Source of the DNA: an uncultured virus (IMG/VR IMGVR_UViG_3300008113_000087)
Lineage: Duplodnaviria; Heunggongvirae; Uroviricota; Caudoviricetes
IMG/VR virus record: IMGVR_UViG_3300008113_000087
Reading direction: 5' to 3' (one strand)
Length of the DNA stretch: 20,000 nucleotides
The translations under genes and the position numbers were made by a program. This document shows, in pieces, positions 15,716 to 20,000 of this stretch (the stretch's first letter is position 1; every line of letters begins with the position of its first letter). Below the pieces are notes generated by a model that did no database searches, had not been told where the DNA came from, and was given only the letters and a program-made list of their open reading frames with translations.

Positions 15716-16406
15716 AGAGAAGTGCCTCTTTTGTCCAGACAGCGTTTAACTTTTCTTCGTATCCTTCTAGATTAAACTCTGATGCTTTTATATCTACGAC
15801 ACCTGCAATGCGCCACCCATTCGAATGATTCCAACAGTTGTGATGAAAGTTTCTACCCTCAAATATTACCCACTCACCAGTGCGACATCCTCTACGTTCA
15901 CCCTCAAATTCTAACCCACAAAGCGCAGGATCATCAGTGGGAATATCGACGCCAATTGAAACTGTGAAGCCACGCTGAAGATCACCTGTCCATGTATCAA
16001 TGCGTTCCCAACCACCACGATCGTCATGGTAAGGAAGTACTCCTCCTGGTTTTATAAAGTTAACAATCATTTGAAGCAGTCCAGGAATTTTATCAACGTA
16101 CTCAGAGGTCAATGGCCAATTGGGTTTGAATCGTTCATGTAGTTTGCCATCAAGATAAAGTGCTTCAGCATACCATATTTCTCTTGGGTTTGGTTTATCA
16201 ACGAACTGTTCAGGTTTATGGTATTCAACATCAGACACATTGGTCAACTCAGGATACACATCACCATACTCAAACTTTAAAATTTGACAGGCATTCTTTT
16301 CTGGATCATAGCCAGTGGCACGCAGATTCTTTAGATCTAACATCATTCTGCGTGTGAGTTCCTCTAGCACGTTCTCATGTTTATATCTATCAGAATCTAT
16401 CCACAT
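15705..16406 (-). CDS. Asp/Asn beta-hydroxylase-like 2OG-Fe(II) oxygenase (paralogue 1)
   Basis: NFIKPGGVLPYHDD, GEWVIFEGR..HHNCWN, WRI. Confidence 0.75.
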   Translation of the reverse strand: MWIDSDRYKHENVLEELTRRMMLDLKNLRATGYDPEKNACQILKFEYGDVYPELTNVSDVEYHKPEQFVDKPNPREIWYAEALYLDGKLHERFKPNWPLTSEYVDKIPGLLQMIVNFIKPGGVLPYHDDRGGWERIDTWTGDLQRGFTVSIGVDIPTDDPALCGLEFEGERRGCRTGEWVIFEGRNFHHNCWNHSNGWRIAGVVDIKASEFNLEGYEEKLNAVWTKEALLYVR

Positions 16407-16407
16407 C

Positions 16408-17484
16408 TTATACTACCTTTCTACGGTTTCCGTTTCGTTTAACATCTAGTGTGAGACAGTGTATACCACCATCCCAAAAATGATTATGGCGAATGGGTGC
16501 TATGTGACAAGTAATGCCACGTTTATCCAGCATCTCCTGTAGCTTTGGTTGCGCATTACTAATGAATATGTTTTTACTGTCAACCACTAGCACATTGAAG
16601 TCAAAGGCAACTTCTTGAATGTAACCCTTCCACTCGCTCATCCATATATTTAGATAATCGTAGGAAAACTTACCAGTGGACTGTGTCAATGCACTATCAT
16701 ATTGAGCAAAGTCAGGTGTATCGACAACATCATGAAGATAGATAACTTCCTTACCTTTTAGATAGTAGGGCGACCAAAATTCTTTTTCAGCGAACACCGT
16801 ATTGTCATCTGTCATGAACCAACCATGGTCAATGTGTCCAAGGTTTTCTTGAACAGTGCCTCTGTTTTCTAGGATACGTGCATCGGGGAACTGTCTCCGC
16901 ATCCACTCTAGACCGAGATTGTTACCTGGACCTTTGGTATTGGTAATGAGGGCATCGCCACATTTAAACATGGTGGCAGTGTGCCATAGCAAACGATCGG
17001 CAAGTATATTATGATAGCGACCCACTGATTCACTGTACCACATACTATTGTCAGCAAAGTTTTCAAGTAGAGGTGGTGGCATACTGCACCAATCAAATCC
17101 CTGTTCAAACAGTTCACGGAATATATCATAGTAAGCCAACGACTCTAGATAACGATCGGGCATGCTGGTGTATGTTTGAACAATCTTCTCACCATAGACC
17201 ATGTATTGATCACGTGGTACGATTGGTGCCACAGGATTGTTGATGTTAAATCCTGCCAACTGTATCTTACGTTCAAAGGGTAAGTTCTTGGGACGATGAA
17301 CCTTTACACCCATGGCTTCTAGTTGAAGCGAAAGGGCATCGAGATCTTCCCGTGTTTCTTTTAAAATTGTGTGTAGTAGCGGAAGACTGCGCTCATCGGT
17401 AATGACGTTGTCATAATAATCTTCAGGGGGACAGGTGCCAACAATGATTTCAGTTAGCGGATCGTACTCAGTCCATATTGCCAT
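16408..17484 (-). CDS. amidinotransferase (glycine/inosamine-phosphate amidinotransferase family)
   Basis: WTEYDPLTEIIVG, GVKVHRP, PRD, N.LGLEWMRR, GHID, GGIHCLTLDVKR (catalytic His and Cys); GGAG SD before ATG 17484. Confidence 0.88.
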   Translation of the reverse strand: MAIWTEYDPLTEIIVGTCPPEDYYDNVITDERSLPLLHTILKETREDLDALSLQLEAMGVKVHRPKNLPFERKIQLAGFNINNPVAPIVPRDQYMVYGEKIVQTYTSMPDRYLESLAYYDIFRELFEQGFDWCSMPPPLLENFADNSMWYSESVGRYHNILADRLLWHTATMFKCGDALITNTKGPGNNLGLEWMRRQFPDARILENRGTVQENLGHIDHGWFMTDDNTVFAEKEFWSPYYLKGKEVIYLHDVVDTPDFAQYDSALTQSTGKFSYDYLNIWMSEWKGYIQEVAFDFNVLVVDSKNIFISNAQPKLQEMLDKRGITCHIAPIRHNHFWDGGIHCLTLDVKRNGNRRKVV

Positions 17485-17929
17485 AGTCTTCTCCAAGTAT
17501 CTCTTTTAAATATTGCTCATCCCAGTGGGAATAATAACTGGTGCGTCGGAGTGCAACACGTGCATCTCTTAACTTATACTTAGGTTGACAGAGGAGAAGG
17601 TTATGTTTGCCGTTGTTGGTGACGACACCATTAATATGAGTAGTTCGATCCTTATGATCAGGAAGGAACACCATCTCAGGGTGGGTTGCGTTTAGATCCG
17701 TTGCCATTACATGTAGATGTTCCTGACTCAACGAATCAGGGAACACATAAATCACCAACTCAAAGTTTAGATTCTCAGGAACAGCCACCTCGCCATTCAC
17801 ATGGACCACGCTGAACTTGGCTCTCTTTGCGAAGGGGCATACTGACATGCCACCCAACGCATCACGGGAAGCACTTAACGCATCGATCCATTCCTGTATA
17901 TCTTGACTAAATTGCTCGTTCAATGACAT
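17468..17929 (-). CDS. DUF1415-like protein
   Basis: W.......LGG..VCPFAK motif near the N-terminus; DH motif; YYSHW at the C-terminus. Confidence 0.55.
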   Translation of the reverse strand: MSLNEQFSQDIQEWIDALSASRDALGGMSVCPFAKRAKFSVVHVNGEVAVPENLNFELVIYVFPDSLSQEHLHVMATDLNATHPEMVFLPDHKDRTTHINGVVTNNGKHNLLLCQPKYKLRDARVALRRTSYYSHWDEQYLKEILGEDYGNMD

Positions 17930-18263
17930 CGTAATCTAGATCGGTAGGATGGAAATAATAGTGAAGACAACCGAGAACGGCATCTTCATTGAATTTCTTA
18001 CAAGAGAATAGATCAAAGAACACCTTACCATCATCACAGAAGTGCACTGTAAGTGATGACGTGGTAATGAGTTGTTGCAGTGTATAACCATTCTTCTCAC
18101 CCAGTTCACCGAAGTAAGTAACTACTGGCTCACCATGGGCAATCATTTCTGCAGCTGTCACAACATCGGTATTGAAGGCAAGAATTGCTTCCTCATCCTT
18201 CACGTTATCATTACACCCTTTCAGGTTAGCCATTAGGTGGTAGCCCCATGGTTCAAACTTCAT
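17907..18263 (-). CDS. S-adenosylmethionine decarboxylase (class 1b, SpeD-like) proenzyme homologue
   Basis: GYHL..NL.GC, GEP....FG, GYT..QLITTSSLTVH (cleavage region), FFDLFSCK.F. Confidence 0.8.
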   Translation of the reverse strand: MKFEPWGYHLMANLKGCNDNVKDEEAILAFNTDVVTAAEMIAHGEPVVTYFGELGEKNGYTLQQLITTSSLTVHFCDDGKVFFDLFSCKKFNEDAVLGCLHYYFHPTDLDYDVIERAI

Positions 18264-18507
18264 AGCCTTGCTCCTTTACGAATCGTTTTATAAAACCTAT
18301 TGCTTCTTGCGCCTCTTCGGGTCCACACCCTGTGGCTTCGCATATTTCCATTTGCTGTCTAGGGGCATCTTGGGTTAAAAATTCTCGACAATATCCAAGA
18401 GAAAAGCATAGACGACCTTCCTCATCAATGGACCGCCATATCTCTAATTCACCACGTACGCTTACAAAGGCATACCATGAACTTTCACCCCATCGTGCGT
18501 AACTCAT
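18253..18507 (-). CDS. hypothetical protein
   Basis: 84 aa, MSYARW..S.WY.F N-terminus; coupled overlaps. Confidence 0.65.
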   Translation of the reverse strand: MSYARWGESSWYAFVSVRGELEIWRSIDEEGRLCFSLGYCREFLTQDAPRQQMEICEATGCGPEEAQEAIGFIKRFVKEQGYEV

Positions 18508-18734
18508 TGTAGACTCCTAGTGTCACCATCAGTACCCTCATCCCATGCTTCCAACTTGGCTCGAGTCTCATCGTCAAGGTTATCCCAATCAACAGGGGTA
18601 GACTTCTCCATAAGTTCTCCACTCTCCACTTGCTGTGTAAGCTGAGCAATGAGTGAGTCTAATTCTTCCTGAGTGCCATCGAAGTCATCGAAGCATCCTG
18701 GGGCAAATTCAATTCTTAGTTTCTTTGTGGTCAT
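18504..18734 (-). CDS. acidic hypothetical phage protein
   Basis: FAPGCFDDFDGTQEELD motif; start reassigned to ATG 18734. Confidence 0.7.
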   Translation of the reverse strand: MTTKKLRIEFAPGCFDDFDGTQEELDSLIAQLTQQVESGELMEKSTPVDWDNLDDETRAKLEAWDEGTDGDTRSLQ

Positions 18735-18894
18735 TTTTATATATCCAATCAGGTGAGTACATATCTTTATGGGGATCTTCACGTTCCTCATATACCTTAT
18801 ACTTATACACTAAGGCATTCTCAGTAATTGGACGTGATGGCTCAAGCGCCCAACTAGAGGTGCTCAAAGCAAATAAAGTGAGTATTATATCCAT
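18709..18894 (-). CDS. hypothetical protein (61 aa), possible signal peptide
   Basis: ATG 6 nt after a consensus -10; hydrophobic N-terminus ending SWA. Confidence 0.55.
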   Translation of the reverse strand: MDIILTLFALSTSSWALEPSRPITENALVYKYKVYEEREDPHKDMYSPDWIYKNDHKETKN

Positions 18895-18900
18895 GCGTTC

Positions 18901-18929
18901 ATTATACCTGTATAGTGAATAAATGTCAA
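18901..18929 (-). promoter_or_regulatory. sigma70 consensus promoter
   Basis: TTGACA (18929-18924), 17 nt, TATAAT (18906-18901). Confidence 0.85.
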
Positions 18930-19026
18930 TGCGACTTCCAGCGATTCAAAAAATATTGCAGGATTTTTTTCTGAGGATCCTAAACCGATTCAGCATTGGA
19001 TATGCGACCTTTGCGAAGAAGAAAAT

Positions 19027-19069
19027 AGATTGGGGTCTAAAGCCCATATTTCAGACCCGACCCCAATCT
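19027..19069. other. intergenic stem-loop
   Basis: 11-bp perfect inverted repeat AGATTGGGGTC / GACCCCAATCT with a 21-nt loop. Confidence 0.55.
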
Positions 19070-19086
19070 CCAATTATAAAGTCGTT

Positions 19087-19323
19087 TTATCCCTTCATAA
19101 TCCAATCACCAACCACACGCTTAAACTGTGTGGGCGACCCTACCTTCTTACCGTTCACACGTATGTCATACAGACTGCGGACTTCTACTTTACCTAGACT
19201 ACACTCTATGGAGTAGCCATCCTTACCCTTGGTCCATTCACCATATGTCATACCAGAGAAGAACAGGGTATCCTTTAGTTCTTCCTTGGCAGTTTTTCTG
19301 CTAAACCAGATGTTCATCATCAA
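19087..19323 (-). CDS. hypothetical protein
   Basis: 78-aa ORF on the coding strand. Confidence 0.6.
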   Translation of the reverse strand: MMMNIWFSRKTAKEELKDTLFFSGMTYGEWTKGKDGYSIECSLGKVEVRSLYDIRVNGKKVGSPTQFKRVVGDWIMKG

Positions 19324-19368
19324 ACCCCAACACTGTTATTTTACTCTCGTCAATCTTTGGAAGCAAAT

Positions 19369-19575
19369 TTATTTACGGATGGATATGTCATAGGTATGCT
19401 TGCGCATCTTGCTATCATATAAGGTTATGGTGCTATGGATGCCCACCGCATTAAACATGTCCTCATACAGCTGGCTCAATGCCACGTTGAGGTTACTATC
19501 ACTTCCAACACGACGCTCACGCAGAGCACGCTTAGATGTATAGAAGGATACGCCATTCACTTTTACTTCAATCAT
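19369..19575 (-). CDS. hypothetical protein
   Basis: 68-aa ORF with a TAATG overlap and GGAG SD. Confidence 0.65.
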   Translation of the reverse strand: MIEVKVNGVSFYTSKRALRERRVGSDSNLNVALSQLYEDMFNAVGIHSTITLYDSKMRKHTYDISIRK

Positions 19576-19799
19576 TATACTGTCTCCATATCTAAAGCGG
19601 AAATACGATCAATTGCAAAGGGTACGTATTGAACCAACTCCAAGCCAAGAGAACGAATCTCTTTAGCATTGGCAAAGTTACGAGTAGAAAGATTCTTCAA
19701 TGCTTTCCTTGCAGCTTTCTCGGTATTATAGGTACCGTAAGAAACGATCCCAAACAAAGGATCTTTGGTAAGAGACCGAATTTCGTAGACTTGATTCAT
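19575..19799 (-). CDS. hypothetical protein
   Basis: GGAGG SD before ATG 19799 (MNQVYEI...). Confidence 0.65.
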   Translation of the reverse strand: MNQVYEIRSLTKDPLFGIVSYGTYNTEKAARKALKNLSTRNFANAKEIRSLGLELVQYVPFAIDRISALDMETV

Positions 19800-19810
19800 A
19801 TATCCTCCGA

Positions 19811-19999
19811 TTAAGCAGTCAACATGTATGTAGCAAGATCTTTCCACTGGTCGTTGCTGGCACGAACCTTAGACACAGAGATCAGCGTACGCAAAGAGAT
19901 CTCTTTTACTTCTTCCTTGATTTCACGAATCAGACCCAAGGCATCAGCGATGATTTCCTTAGAGTACTCAGGCAGGAACTCTTCAGTCAGAGCGATAGT
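19811..19999 (-). CDS. C-terminal fragment, possibly the helical lid of an AAA+ ATPase
   Basis: Open frame from the window edge: ...EFLPEYSKEIIADALGLIREIKEEVKEISLRTLISVSKVRASNDQWKDLATYMLTA*. SLRT resembles a sensor-2 motif. Confidence 0.5.
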   Translation of the reverse strand, partial: TIALTEEFLPEYSKEIIADALGLIREIKEEVKEISLRTLISVSKVRASNDQWKDLATYMLTA

Positions 20000-20000
20000 T

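Noticed and set aside
843..17129. Alternative-frame minus ORFs (843-1157, 7393-7737, 8731-8913, 13385-13690, 14242-14475, 16908-17129)
   Set aside because: They lie within or almost wholly overlap genes with recognisable motifs, and have no independent support.
545..19814. All plus-strand ORFs in the track
   Set aside because: They are antisense shadows of well-supported minus-strand genes or RNA, with no motifs or SDs.
1..20000. Alternative genetic code or stop-codon reassignment
   Set aside because: Genes are full length and densely packed under the standard code, with TAA, TGA and TAG all used as stops.

Overview
Fragment of a large T4-like (Tevenvirinae/Kyanoviridae-like) tailed phage genome. 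All supported genes lie on the minus strand. T4-like markers are a gp33 late-transcription co-activator at the left edge, a TATAAATA late promoter, phoH, a Cas4-like exonuclease, a MazG-like pyrophosphatase, a GH19 endolysin, a SleB-like hydrolase and ClpP. Highlights: (1) a circularly permuted (two-piece) tmRNA gene with tag ANDELFAIAA, resembling the betaproteobacterial type; (2) a compact, translationally coupled six-gene enzyme cluster (AdoMetDC-like decarboxylase, DUF1415-like protein, amidinotransferase, three tandem Asp/Asn-beta-hydroxylase-like 2OG-Fe(II) oxygenases) that looks like an undescribed modification or biosynthetic pathway; (3) a PlcP/LpxH-like phosphoesterase plus GT2 glycosyltransferase near phoH, a candidate phosphate-stress lipid-remodelling module; (4) four sigma70 promoters, each with an ATG exactly 6 nt after TATAAT (candidate leaderless mRNAs); (5) a repeated CCCTAC-N5-GTAGGG palindrome; (6) a candidate H-type pseudoknot in a late leader; (7) an apparent in-frame deletion fusion in a metallophosphoesterase. 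All family assignments come from motif recognition by eye, not from database searches.
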